A stretch of DNA of 64,000 bases. Source: Candidatus Portnoybacteria bacterium RBG_19FT_COMBO_36_7 (GTDB lineage Bacteria; Patescibacteriota; Minisyncoccia; Portnoybacterales; GWB1-42-6). The stretch is from positions 10,706-74,705 of the forward strand of contig MHMW01000021.1 in the NCBI GenBank assembly GCA_001819495.1, written 5' to 3'. Below, piece after piece: positions 10,434 to 20,019 of this stretch. A program made the position numbers and the translations under genes. The number at the start of each line of letters is the position of its first letter. Positions within the stretch are counted from its first letter, which is position 1. The notes under the pieces were generated by a model. It saw only the letters and a program-made list of their open reading frames with translations. It searched no databases and was not told the DNA's origin.

Positions 10434-10603
10434 CGCTCCTCGCTTTCGCTCGTCGCTCAAATTAAAATTTTAAAGTTAAAAGTGTGAAATCATTGTATCG
10501 CTACGCAATGATTTATATATAATCATCCCGCGAAGCGGGGCACCTTAATTTTTAACTTTTCATTTTCCATTTTTAACTTAGCTCCGAACGTAAGTGAGGA
10601 GCG
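10434..10603. mobile_element. ~170-nt hairpin insertion in 16S V3 (helix 17)
   Basis: Closed by cgctcctc/gaggagcg; AT-rich arms similar to intergenic 49040-49153. Confidence 0.8.
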
Positions 10604-10974
10604 CATTGCTCCCCTATAAAAGAGTTTTACACCCCGAAGGGCTTCTTCACTCACGCGGCGTCGCTCGATCACGCTTTCGCGCATTGTCGAAGATTCTCGA
10701 CTGCAGCCTCCCGTAGGAGTCCGGACAGTTTCTCAGTTCCGATGTTGGGGGCCGACCTCTCAGTCCCCCTACCCGTCATCGCCTTGGTGGGCCGTTACCT
10801 CACCAACTAGCTGATAGGACGCAGGCCTCTCCTGAAGCAACCCTTGCGGGTCTTTAAATGAGAATGACATAAGTCCCCTCATTACTATCTTGTATTAGTC
10901 CCGATTTCTCGGGATTATTCAAAACTTCAGGGTAAGTTACCTACGCGTTACTAACCCGTTTGCCACTACCGCTC

Positions 10975-11068
10975 GTGCTTCGCTATCGCTCATCACTCGC
11001 TCAAATTAAAAGTTTAAATTTTCATTTTTAATTTTTAACTTAAGTTTGTGCTGAACATAGTGAAGCAC
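10975..11068. mobile_element. ~95-nt hairpin insertion in 16S V1 (helix 6)
   Basis: Closed by gtgcttcgctat/atagtgaagcac; shares cgctcaaattaaaa...tttttaactta with the V3 insertion. Confidence 0.75.
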
Positions 11069-11673
11069 AAACGATCGTTCGACTTGCATGCCCGTATCCA
11101 CGCCGCCAGCGTTCATCCTGAGCTAGAATCAAACTCTCATTGTAAATGTTAGAACTAAAATTGCTGAATCGATCTTCGACCGTCCCACAAAATGCGGGGC
11201 AGTAAAGCGACTCAACACCTCTAGAATCCAACAAGTTTTTTCGAGACAACTTAAAAAGATTATCTCATCTCGCCGAAGCTCCGAATGGAGCATAGGCGGA
11301 TTAGCTCAAAAAAAATCTGGTTTATCCCGTTACATCCGCCAAAAAGACGGAAGTATTTATTACATCCCTTATAGTAGGATGCAATGGGATTTATTTAACC
11401 TTACTTTTTGTCTGTATTTTGTTGTTAAAGTTCAATCAAGTTTATCCATTTATACCCTCTTTCGCCCTGCAGGCTACGGACGGGTTATTCTCTTACGAGA
11501 ATAAAAAATACAACTAGTCAGACCTCTTAACTAATATTTAATTAAGAACCCCTCAAGTTGTATTTTCTAACTAACAAACTGATAACTGACAAACTGATTT
11601 TTTTTAATGGGTTCTTCTACATAGGCGTATTTTTCCTTTCCGCCCCGCAACTGCAGGGCTCTATGCAATGTCT

Positions 11674-11701
11674 ATTTTACTCCTCTCAGTTAGCTTGTCA
11701 A
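11674..11701 (-). promoter_or_regulatory. Putative rRNA promoter
   Basis: TTGACA-16nt-TAAAAT on minus strand upstream of the 16S leader. Confidence 0.65.
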
Positions 11702-11726
11702 GTGCTTAAATTTTACTTATCAAAAA

Positions 11727-11936
11727 CTACGATTTTTTATTATTTCTTTTATATTTTATATAGATAATTACGACTGCAATTCCAAAAATTAATGGGACTA
11801 AAAATAGAATATCAATCATACAACTACTCGAGCAATAGCCCCAAAAACCGTATGAATACATTTCTATAAACAACAATATTATGAAAACAACTAAACCAGA
11901 TAATAATCCAAATAGAATTCCAATTAAATTTTTCAT
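11727..11936 (-). CDS. Small two-TM membrane protein
   Basis: MKNLIGILFG... two hydrophobic segments, basic tail. Confidence 0.55.
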   Translation of the reverse strand: MKNLIGILFGLLSGLVVFIILLFIEMYSYGFWGYCSSSCMIDILFLVPLIFGIAVVIIYIKYKRNNKKS

Positions 11937-12037
11937 TATATAGAGTACGTCTATTACAATGCCTTTGCCACATATTCTGTCATTTCTGCCAAGCGACACG
12001 CATAACCCCATTCATTATCATACCAAGCCAAAATATA

Positions 12038-12295
12038 TTATTTATGCCGCACGCCGACTTTCTTTTCCAAAACATCAACACGTTTTTGTAATTCAACCAG
12101 CTCAAAACGATACGCGACGTTATGTAATCGCAACATAATTGCTTCGTGCTCACGCGCATTCGTTTCTCCTATGCTCTTTATTTCTTTTTTCAATCCTTTC
12201 TCTATTCCTTCAATTTTCTCTCCCGTTTCATCAAAACCGTTTTTAACCATAACGGCCAAATCATTCATTGTAATTTTCTTATTCGCTTTTTTCAT
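12038..12295 (-). CDS. Hypothetical coiled-coil protein
   Basis: MKKANKKITMNDLAVMVKNGF...LQKRVDVLEKK; TATAAT 6 nt upstream of ATG. Confidence 0.7.
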   Translation of the reverse strand: MKKANKKITMNDLAVMVKNGFDETGEKIEGIEKGLKKEIKSIGETNAREHEAIMLRLHNVAYRFELVELQKRVDVLEKKVGVRHK

Positions 12296-12341
12296 GCCTT
12301 TATTATATTTATTGTCAAATTTTTGAGACATACTCCGCCAT

Positions 12342-12521
12342 TTCAGCCAGCCGACACGCGTAGCCCACATTCGTATCGCTCCTCACGGCAGAGCTCCCAA
12401 GAAACCATCGGTTTCTTGCGCTCCCGAGCACATAAAACGTCATGTGCTCGGTCGCTGATTTCCTCCGCGGGGAAACACCCAGTTTCCTCATCCCCCTTCT
12501 GATGAATGGGGCCCGGCTGAA
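12342..12521 (-). ncRNA. Putative structured RNA of unknown class (~180 nt)
   Basis: GC-rich island closed by TTCAGCC/GGCTGAA with several nested stems including G-U pairs on the minus strand. Confidence 0.45.
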
Positions 12522-12535
12522 AGGACTTAAATTTA

Positions 12536-13546
12536 TTAGAAAGAATTAGCCACAAAGTCGGTCATCTCAGCTAATCTACACGCATAACCCCACTCATTAT
12601 CATACCAGGCCAAGACCTTGACCAAGGTTTCATCCATCACCATCGTGTAATTTGCGTCAACGATGGAAGAATAGGTATTGCCTTTGTAATCTATAGAAAC
12701 CAGAGGTGCGTCTTCGATGCCCAGAATACCATCCAGTTCCTTTGTCTGAGACATTTTTTTGAATGTCATATTTATTTCTTCAGCCGAGGTCGGGGTTTTG
12801 ACAACGCAGACAAAATCGGTAATCGAAACGACCGGTGTCGGCACTCTTAGCGAAATTCCATCCAGTTTTCCCTCAAGCTCGGGTATTGTTTTTGTGACGG
12901 CAGTAGCCGCGCCGGTGGTTGTCGGAATAATGGAAAGTGCGGCGGCACGGGCTCTTCGCAGATCCTTATGCGGCAAATCCAGAAGGCGCTGGTCGTTGGT
13001 ATAGCTGTGAGCAGTGGTCATAAAACCGTGCAAAATCTTGAATTTATCGTTCAAAACCTTGACCACCGGGGCCAGGCAATTGGTGGTACAAGATGCCATT
13101 GATATAATATCGTCTTTTTCTGAATCGTACTTTTCTTCGTTCACGCCGAGAACATATGTCTGGATTTCCCTGCTTTTTGTCGGCGCGGAAATTATCACTT
13201 TTTTGGCGCCGGCCTCAAGATGTTTTTTGGCACCTTCATATTCTGTAAAAACCCCAGAACATTCAAGCACGATATCAACGCCCATTTCTTTCCAGGGCAA
13301 GCGAGCGGGCTCTTTTTCTGCCAGTATTTTAATTTTTTTGCCGCCAATTTCCAATCCCCCGTCTTTTCCTTTAACGATTTTATCATAAACCCCATACATG
13401 GAATCATACTTTAACAAATGAGCTAAAGTTGGCGCATCGGTCAAGTCATTGATAGCCACAATTTCCAATCCAGGAAAATGGCTTAAAATTCGCTTTAATG
13501 TTGGACGCCCTATTCTCCCAAATCCATTTATAGCTATTTTGGTCAT
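12536..13546 (-). CDS. gap: Type I glyceraldehyde-3-phosphate dehydrogenase
   Basis: INGFGRIGR, ASCTTNCL, DLRRARAA, WYDNEWGY. Confidence 0.98.
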   Translation of the reverse strand: MTKIAINGFGRIGRPTLKRILSHFPGLEIVAINDLTDAPTLAHLLKYDSMYGVYDKIVKGKDGGLEIGGKKIKILAEKEPARLPWKEMGVDIVLECSGVFTEYEGAKKHLEAGAKKVIISAPTKSREIQTYVLGVNEEKYDSEKDDIISMASCTTNCLAPVVKVLNDKFKILHGFMTTAHSYTNDQRLLDLPHKDLRRARAAALSIIPTTTGAATAVTKTIPELEGKLDGISLRVPTPVVSITDFVCVVKTPTSAEEINMTFKKMSQTKELDGILGIEDAPLVSIDYKGNTYSSIVDANYTMVMDETLVKVLAWYDNEWGYACRLAEMTDFVANSF

Positions 13547-13659
13547 ATCTTTTTGGCCGGACTACTTGCCCCGTACAGAGCCGCCAGGAGGCGGATCTGG
13601 TTCGGGGTGCGGCCGAAACCGTTAATGGCAATTTTAGGCATAAGTGTCTATTTACTATT

Positions 13660-13893
13660 TTAACACTCTAGTTTTAGCAATTGACAGATTTTTTCCTTGT
13701 CAAAACCAATGACAATTTCTCCGTCAATATCCGAAACCGGCACCCCCATCTGCCCAGATTTTTCTATCATTTCTTCCGCTGCTTTGCTGTCGCTGCTCAC
13801 GTCAATATCATTAAATTCAATCCCTTTTTCTTTCAAAAAAGCTTTAAGAGTATGACAATAAGGACACGTTGGTGTTGAATAAATTTTGATCAT
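13660..13893 (-). CDS. Glutaredoxin-like (NrdH/YruB) protein
   Basis: YSTPTCPYC, SGQMGVPV, IGFD. Confidence 0.92.
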   Translation of the reverse strand: MIKIYSTPTCPYCHTLKAFLKEKGIEFNDIDVSSDSKAAEEMIEKSGQMGVPVSDIDGEIVIGFDKEKICQLLKLEC

Positions 13894-13900
13894 TTTTAAC

Positions 13901-13982
13901 GCGACTCTAATATCCGAATACATCCGAATTACTCTAATTTTATTCGTGTCATTCGGGTGTCAATTCGTGTCATTCGTGTCGC
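13901..13982. repeat. Inverted CGAAT/ATTCG short-repeat element
   Basis: gcgactctaatatccgaatacatccgaat...attcgtgtcattcgggtgtcaattcgtgtcattcgtgtcgc. Confidence 0.75.
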
Positions 13983-13984
13983 TA

Positions 13985-14935
13985 TTATCTATTCTTTAAA
14001 TAATTGTATGCAGAAAGGGCGGATTTTGCGCCTTCGCCAGCGGAAATTATTATCTGTTTTTCCAATATATCCGTCACGTCACCGGCCGCAAAGATCCCCG
14101 GCACGGATGTAACACAACTATTATGATCAACGATAATCTCTCCTTTCTCGTTACATCTGAGCAATCCCTTAACAAACGAAGACGCGGGCGTTGAACCGAT
14201 TTCAACGAAAATTCCGTTGACCTCTATCTGTTTTTCTTCTTTGGACCTGAAATTCCGATAAACAAGAGCTGTGACGAATTTATCTCCCAGTATTTTAATC
14301 AGCTCTACCTCTGATAAAGTTTGAACTTTCGGCTCTTTTTTTAATTTTTCCTGCAGATTTTTATCATCACCTCTTAGCTCATTATACCGATTTAAAAGAT
14401 AAATTTTTGAAGCGTATTTCGTCAACTGCCAGACAGTATCCTGCCCGGAATCTCCCGCTCCAATTACTGCCACTATTTTATCACGAAAAAGAGGCGCATC
14501 ACAAGTTGCACAATAAGTGATGCCTTTACCCTCAAATTCTTTAGTACCAGGCACTTCTAATTTTCGTTCGGCACGGCCGGTCGCGATAATAATTGACTTT
14601 GTTATATAAATTCTTCTGTCTGAACAGACCTCAAATTCTCCGCTGTCTGGCGCCATTTTTATGTTTTTTACTTCTTCTCCTTCTTTTATTTCCAAATCAA
14701 AAATTCCCTGGCCTGAGTTTTTTTCAAATTTTTTTAAATGCTCGGCAAATTTTTTGGTCAAATCAGCTCCCATAAGGCCGGGCACGCCCAGATAATTTTC
14801 AATTTGATAACCTTCCATCATCTGGCCGCCCAAGATTTTGGCAACAAGCAAAGTTTTTATCTTTTTGCGGGCTGCATAAATGGCTGCTGACATCGCGCCC
14901 GGCCCGCCGCCGATAATGATTAATTCGTAATTCAT
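13985..14935 (-). CDS. trxB: Thioredoxin reductase-like FAD/NAD(P) oxidoreductase
   Basis: IIGGGPGA, GKGITYCATCD, GIFAAGD. Confidence 0.9.
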   Translation of the reverse strand: MNYELIIIGGGPGAMSAAIYAARKKIKTLLVAKILGGQMMEGYQIENYLGVPGLMGADLTKKFAEHLKKFEKNSGQGIFDLEIKEGEEVKNIKMAPDSGEFEVCSDRRIYITKSIIIATGRAERKLEVPGTKEFEGKGITYCATCDAPLFRDKIVAVIGAGDSGQDTVWQLTKYASKIYLLNRYNELRGDDKNLQEKLKKEPKVQTLSEVELIKILGDKFVTALVYRNFRSKEEKQIEVNGIFVEIGSTPASSFVKGLLRCNEKGEIIVDHNSCVTSVPGIFAAGDVTDILEKQIIISAGEGAKSALSAYNYLKNR

Positions 14936-15957
14936 AATAGAAAATCTTTTATCTGTTTTTTTATATTGCATCCTATGATTTTACAGCTTTTTTGGCATTT
15001 TTGCAATCTTTTTCTTTCCAAGCCTGCCTTCTCTCCTTGCCACACCTCTCGAACGCTAGAATTTGAAATATTGCCTAAAACATTGCTCCGGAAGCATAAG
15101 GCGACATCACCGTTTGGCCAAACGACCAGATTATTATAAGGCGCAAGACATTGCCTTTTTTTAAATGAATCAGGGTCAAGATAATATTGATAAATCAATT
15201 TTAAATAAAATGGCGGATTTTTTATAATTTTTGACCTTTGTTCGGTCAGTGGCTTCAGATATTTTATAACCTGATCTTTTTCCGGCCACAGATCGCTTTT
15301 GGTTTGCCAATTATTTTTATAATCGGCATCGATATTAAAATCAAGCGGCTGGAAGATCAAATCAAGTCCCTTTAATGAGGCGTAGCTAATAATTTCATCA
15401 ATTTCTTTGATGTTTTGCCTAGTCAGAAGCATCCCTATTTCTACGCGCGTACCTTTGCCCTGCCGCAATTCATTTAGACAATCAAGCGCCTGCTTGGTTT
15501 TTTCAAAAGTTCCTGCCAAGCCTCTTAATTCATCGTGAACCAACGGATTCAAACTATACAAAGAAATTTTGACGCTTTTTAAATTCCATTTTAATAATTC
15601 TTGCGTCGCATCCCTGTCAATCATCGTTCCGTTAGTGTTTAAGCTAACAGGTAAATTAAGCTGATTACATTTTTCTATTATTTTAAAAACTAATTCTTTT
15701 TTCAGAAGCGGCTCTCCGCCATTTATCTCTATTTCCTGTGCGCCAAGCCAGTTTTTTATATCTTCAAGCGCCCGAAGCCATTTTTCATCTTCCAGTTCCC
15801 GGCCTGAATCTTCGTTTTTCCAGATATCGCAATGGCGGCATCTTAAGTTGCATTTTTTTGTAATAACTAAACTGACATACCGCGGCCGGCTAAAAGATGT
15901 GCCAAAACCCGAGTCCGATGCATTTGTTAAATATCTGATTGCTGATTTTAATTTCAT
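14932..15957 (-). CDS. Radical SAM protein with SPASM/twitch domain
   Basis: CNLRCRHC, GGEPL, NTNG, HDELRG, C-terminal CLAP...ALC...CQKSC. Confidence 0.9.
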   Translation of the reverse strand: MKLKSAIRYLTNASDSGFGTSFSRPRYVSLVITKKCNLRCRHCDIWKNEDSGRELEDEKWLRALEDIKNWLGAQEIEINGGEPLLKKELVFKIIEKCNQLNLPVSLNTNGTMIDRDATQELLKWNLKSVKISLYSLNPLVHDELRGLAGTFEKTKQALDCLNELRQGKGTRVEIGMLLTRQNIKEIDEIISYASLKGLDLIFQPLDFNIDADYKNNWQTKSDLWPEKDQVIKYLKPLTEQRSKIIKNPPFYLKLIYQYYLDPDSFKKRQCLAPYNNLVVWPNGDVALCFRSNVLGNISNSSVREVWQGEKAGLERKRLQKCQKSCKIIGCNIKKQIKDFLL

Positions 15958-15958
15958 G

Positions 15959-16201
15959 CTATTTTTCTCCTTCAATTTCCTTCAGTTTCCAAGCGCTACC
16001 CTTAATCCGGTGAATTTTAACCTTGATATTTGGCATCAATAAATTAATATTGTATTTCAAATTTTTGGGAGATACGCTTTCGCCGTGCTCAATAATATTG
16101 CCAAGTTCCACCACTATCTCCTTAATTTTTGAAAGCCCGTTTTGGCGGGCCTCCTCTTGAGCTACCTTGACTATTTCGTTGGCCAAATGAAAATCATGCA
16201 T
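15959..16201 (-). CDS. hypA: Truncated HypA-like nickel chaperone lacking the Zn finger
   Basis: MHDFHLANEIV...IVVELG...LKEIE; contains no cysteine. Confidence 0.7.
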   Translation of the reverse strand: MHDFHLANEIVKVAQEEARQNGLSKIKEIVVELGNIIEHGESVSPKNLKYNINLLMPNIKVKIHRIKGSAWKLKEIEGEK

Positions 16202-16202
16202 G

Positions 16203-17474
16203 TTAGTGTGTAGCGCAGGTCAGACAGGGGTCATAGGCCCGAATAAGCATTTTTATCAGGTCTTCACATTCTTCCTTGCATAAAGCTTTACCCCCATTGG
16301 TCAGCTGCGGAAGATAAGAAATCATATCCTCTTCCAGGCGCGCCAGGTTCTGGGCGGTCGGAGTAATAATATTGACGTTTTTTATCAAACCGTCTTCGCC
16401 GACCTCATAGTAATAAAAAAGTGTGCCGCGCGGCGCCTCTATCGCGCCAAAACCTTTACCAGCCTTGGGCTCAAAAGGATGGGACTGGACTGATTCAAAA
16501 TCAATATCTCGGGCTTTTTCCAAAAACAGTTGGGTTTCTTCCACGCAATCAACCATTTCAATCGCCTGGGCCAGAATGTTATAAAAAGGATTACCAATCG
16601 GCAGGATTAAATCCGTTTCCCGAAACAAGGATTTGGCCTTGGGGTTTAAATACTTTGCATTCAGATTCAGCCTAGCCAGAGCCCCTACCATAAATGGCTT
16701 TCCTTTAAATTCGGAACGTTTTGCCGCCGGATTTTCTTTAACCTGAAATTCCTGGATTTGAGGCATAAATTCACCAACCGGTTCTGTTTCTTTCTGCCTC
16801 TTGACCAAGCCATCATAAATCGCGTATTCGTCCGGCAGGCTCAAAGCGACAAAATCACACTCCCTATTAAATAAAGGATATTTAAGCGAACTGAAAAATT
16901 TTGCCAAAGAAACAGCGGAAGCCAAAGCCTTAACGCTCGCTTTTTCAATTTCTTTCAATTTTTCTTTGTCTGGCGCTTTTGTGAATCCGCCGACAATCGG
17001 CGTTAAAGGATGAATGCTTCTGCCGCCGATGATCTCAATTGTCTTGTTGCCAAAATCTCGCAGGACCAGCGCGTCGGCCGCCCGGCCCGGATATTTTTTT
17101 ATCAGCGCCAGATCATTTTTAATCCCGAAAAAATCGGAAAGTGAAAAGAAAAAAAGGTGCAAGGCATGACTGTTTAAAATCTGCCCCATCATCATCAGCC
17201 GCCTGAGCAAAATCGTCTGCTCGGAAGGAAAAATACCCAAAGCCGCTTCCAGTGCCTTTAAACTCGTCAAATTATGGACCACCGGACAGACCCCGCAGAT
17301 GCGGGAAGTGATTTGGGAAACTTCGTTATGGCTGCGGCCTTGTAAAATTCCTTCCAGCAACCTGGCTCCTTCATATAAATTCAGCCTGGCTTTGACAACA
17401 TTACCGTCAACTATATCGGCGACAAATCCGGCATGCCCCTCAATTTTTGCGATATGGTCTATTTTAATCTTCAT
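16203..17474 (-). CDS. [NiFe]-hydrogenase large (alpha) subunit, group 3b-like
   Basis: KIEGHA, L1 RICGVC, EAPRG, L2 DPCLTCATH-stop. Confidence 0.95.
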   Translation of the reverse strand: MKIKIDHIAKIEGHAGFVADIVDGNVVKARLNLYEGARLLEGILQGRSHNEVSQITSRICGVCPVVHNLTSLKALEAALGIFPSEQTILLRRLMMMGQILNSHALHLFFFSLSDFFGIKNDLALIKKYPGRAADALVLRDFGNKTIEIIGGRSIHPLTPIVGGFTKAPDKEKLKEIEKASVKALASAVSLAKFFSSLKYPLFNRECDFVALSLPDEYAIYDGLVKRQKETEPVGEFMPQIQEFQVKENPAAKRSEFKGKPFMVGALARLNLNAKYLNPKAKSLFRETDLILPIGNPFYNILAQAIEMVDCVEETQLFLEKARDIDFESVQSHPFEPKAGKGFGAIEAPRGTLFYYYEVGEDGLIKNVNIITPTAQNLARLEEDMISYLPQLTNGGKALCKEECEDLIKMLIRAYDPCLTCATH

Positions 17475-18259
17475 TTTTTTATAATTTTATTTTTTGGTAT
17501 TACCGGTGGCGACGGGTACATATCGTCCAGCATACCAAATCTCTGCATAATCAAATCTATTTCCTGCTGCGAAAATCCGTAAACTTCTTTTAATTTATTA
17601 TTGAAATTATTGATGGCAGCGCCCTTAAGCGGGCCTCGGCAGCCGTCGCACGGATACGCAGAAGAAGGGCAGGGCGCGCCGCAGCCGCCCAAAATCATGG
17701 GCCCGAGGCATGGCTCGCCTTTTTGCAGAAGACATTCGTTTCGTTTCAGTTGGCATTCATAGCAGACCGGCCTTTGCGGAATTTTTGGAATAACGCCGGC
17801 TATCAACTCCTTTGCCGCCCACAAAAATTCTTCTTTGTTGATGGGACAGCCCGGAATTTCCAAATCCACTTTAACGTAATATCTGACCGGCCTGATATCC
17901 GGATTGGCAATGCCTTCAAAGTTTTTATAAACATAGCGCAGGCGCTGTTCTTTGTTCTGGTAATTTTTAAGCTCGGCGATACCGCCCAAACAAGCACAGG
18001 CACCAATCGTTACAAGAAGCTTCGTTCGCGCGCGCAGATCCTTGACCCTGGCCACATTCTGAGAGGTAATCGGTGTTCCTTCGACAAAAACCACATCGTA
18101 ATTTTCCGGCTCTGCCCGATCTTCTATCAGCGCAAAATCACCTATTTTTATCTTTTCGGTCAGCTCCAGCAATCTCTCTCCCAAATCTAAAATCGCCACC
18201 TGGCAGCCTTCGCAGCAGGTCAAAGAAACAATCGCGATACTCGGCTTTTTGTTAGACAT
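17471..18259 (-). CDS. [NiFe]-hydrogenase small (delta) subunit
   Basis: TCCEGC, GACACLGG, IPGCP, CYEC, CLGP, CDGCRG. Confidence 0.93.
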   Translation of the reverse strand: MSNKKPSIAIVSLTCCEGCQVAILDLGERLLELTEKIKIGDFALIEDRAEPENYDVVFVEGTPITSQNVARVKDLRARTKLLVTIGACACLGGIAELKNYQNKEQRLRYVYKNFEGIANPDIRPVRYYVKVDLEIPGCPINKEEFLWAAKELIAGVIPKIPQRPVCYECQLKRNECLLQKGEPCLGPMILGGCGAPCPSSAYPCDGCRGPLKGAAINNFNNKLKEVYGFSQQEIDLIMQRFGMLDDMYPSPPVIPKNKIIKK

Positions 18260-18983
18260 ATAAGGAATCTAAACTATTTTTTGTGTACTTATACAGATTC
18301 GTGATGTTCTCTTCGTTTAAAATCTGAATGGCATAATTCCAATGAAACGAAATCCAATCCCCCACTTCAACATTTGGCAACATTGTTTTATCCCAATTAA
18401 TTTCTTTTTCTTTCATGCTTCCAAACTTTATTTTCTTTCTCCCGATTAATGGGTTATATTCAACAATAATTTTTAACTTTTCATTTTTAAATTTTAACTT
18501 TTTAACCCTCCCCCAGCCAACCCGGCAGATATCTTTTAGATCCGTCCTGCCTGCAAAATCAATGCTGCCGGTTACCGCCCCCAGAACCAGAACATGAAAA
18601 CTGTGGTGCGGTTTGGAAGAAACTGGAATTGCATCAGATTTTTCTTTCGCGGCTTTTCTTGATAATAAACCGGGGCCAGAAAATCTTTTAACAATCAATT
18701 CGCGCAAATCATTAAAAGTTACCTTTTCCAATAACTCATTGCCGAGCCAATAAGCTTCAATTACTTTTTTGTTCAAAGACCCTGTTTTAATTCTGTTTTT
18801 CTTGGCAATCAATTCGTAATAAGGATAGGCTGCCTGAAATCTTTTTAGGGCCGGGATTATATCGGGTATGCCCAATTTCCCCCTGATAAATTCTCTTAAG
18901 TTTTTCTGGTCTTCCGACAGCCCGCAAAGACCCATCTCATTTGGAATCAAGCCATATAGCGCCGCGATTTTAGGCCCTGACAT
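18252..18983 (-). CDS. Hydrogenase-associated conserved protein (DUF6390-like)
   Basis: PNEMGLCG, AYPYYELIA, EAYWLGN, PHHSFHV, CRVGWG, SFHW; family name recalled from memory. Confidence 0.7.
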   Translation of the reverse strand: MSGPKIAALYGLIPNEMGLCGLSEDQKNLREFIRGKLGIPDIIPALKRFQAAYPYYELIAKKNRIKTGSLNKKVIEAYWLGNELLEKVTFNDLRELIVKRFSGPGLLSRKAAKEKSDAIPVSSKPHHSFHVLVLGAVTGSIDFAGRTDLKDICRVGWGRVKKLKFKNEKLKIIVEYNPLIGRKKIKFGSMKEKEINWDKTMLPNVEVGDWISFHWNYAIQILNEENITNLYKYTKNSLDSLYV

Positions 18984-19881
18984 TGATTTTTTCTCCCAGC
19001 AGTTTAATTTTTTCCAATATAAAACGGTACCCAAGAATCATTATCAGACCTCCGGTTATCAGGCCGCTTGAAACAATCTCGCCAAAATTTATTTTTCCCG
19101 TTGAAGCGAATGCCAGCAAAGTGGTAATGGGAGATCCTAAAAGCAGAATTGCGGCTGCTGTAGAAACAGGAATATGCCTCAAACCGCTGTACCATGTTAT
19201 GACATAACCGAACAAGATAAAAGAAGCAATCTGGATCCAGAAAACCTGTTCAAAGTTAAGCTGGCTGATTATCGTCAATTGTCCGCTACCGGCCAGAAAA
19301 ATCAAAATCAGAATGGCGCCAAAAAACATTCTGCCCCAGGCAACGATCTTGGGTGACAGGCCTGCCAGCGCGTATTTTGATATAACGCTTTCAACCGCCC
19401 AAAGCAATGTGGCCAAAAATACATAAAAATCGCCGCGGTTAAAAGACAAATGAAGCGCTTTTAGGGCAATCAGATTTCCTGCCAATATCATCAGAGCTCC
19501 AATCAGCATTTCTTTTCTTATTTTTTCGCGCAAAAATATCGAGGCCAAAATCATAGTGTATATAAACATCGTTTTGTGGATAAAAGAACCTTGAGCGGCT
19601 GAGGTAATGGATAAACCTTTGAAAAATAACAAGAATGCGGCGCCGCCGCCCACAAATCCGATTACCAAAAGCATCAGCCACTGCTTTTTTGTCAGCTTGG
19701 CCAGCTGGCGCCATTCTTTGGCCAGCAGCACAAATCCGCTAAAAGCCAAAGCGACCATCACATTTTTTAAAAAAGCAAATAAGTACGGATTGACTCCGCC
19801 AACACCGTATTTGTTGATAAAAATCGAAAATCCCGAAATAATGGCGGTGATAAAAACTAATAATAATCCTTTTTTATTCAT
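18970..19881 (-). CDS. EamA/DMT family transporter
   Basis: 10 TM segments in a duplicated domain; IFLREK. Confidence 0.88.
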   Translation of the reverse strand: MNKKGLLLVFITAIISGFSIFINKYGVGGVNPYLFAFLKNVMVALAFSGFVLLAKEWRQLAKLTKKQWLMLLVIGFVGGGAAFLLFFKGLSITSAAQGSFIHKTMFIYTMILASIFLREKIRKEMLIGALMILAGNLIALKALHLSFNRGDFYVFLATLLWAVESVISKYALAGLSPKIVAWGRMFFGAILILIFLAGSGQLTIISQLNFEQVFWIQIASFILFGYVITWYSGLRHIPVSTAAAILLLGSPITTLLAFASTGKINFGEIVSSGLITGGLIMILGYRFILEKIKLLGEKINVRA

Positions 19882-19882
19882 A

Positions 19883-20019
19883 CCAGGTAGTGAAAATTCG
19901 ACTTGTTATTGATAGATTATCAATAGCTTAGTCTTTTAATAAAATTACAGATGCCATATAGTAAAATCCGCATTATTTTTTATCCTGCTTCGCGGGACGG
20001 TCGAATTTCTACTACCTGG
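19883..20019. mobile_element. MITE-like element with 20-bp TIR, copy 1
   Basis: ccaggtagtgaaaattcgac...gtcgaatttctactacctgg; flanks cata/catg. Confidence 0.75.

Noticed and set aside
10434-11068. Group I intron or homing endonuclease in the 16S
   Set aside because: Insertions are under 200 nt, have no ORF and no recognisable catalytic core; they are simple hairpins
12342-12521. Confident RNase P RNA, SRP RNA or SAM-I riboswitch call
   Set aside because: Only fragmentary motif resemblance; RNase P P4 pairing and the SRP helix-8 GNRA motif are absent
13901-13982. CRISPR array (also considered for 53120-53220 and heptamer arrays)
   Set aside because: Units are 7-10 nt, inverted, without unique spacers; no cas genes in the window
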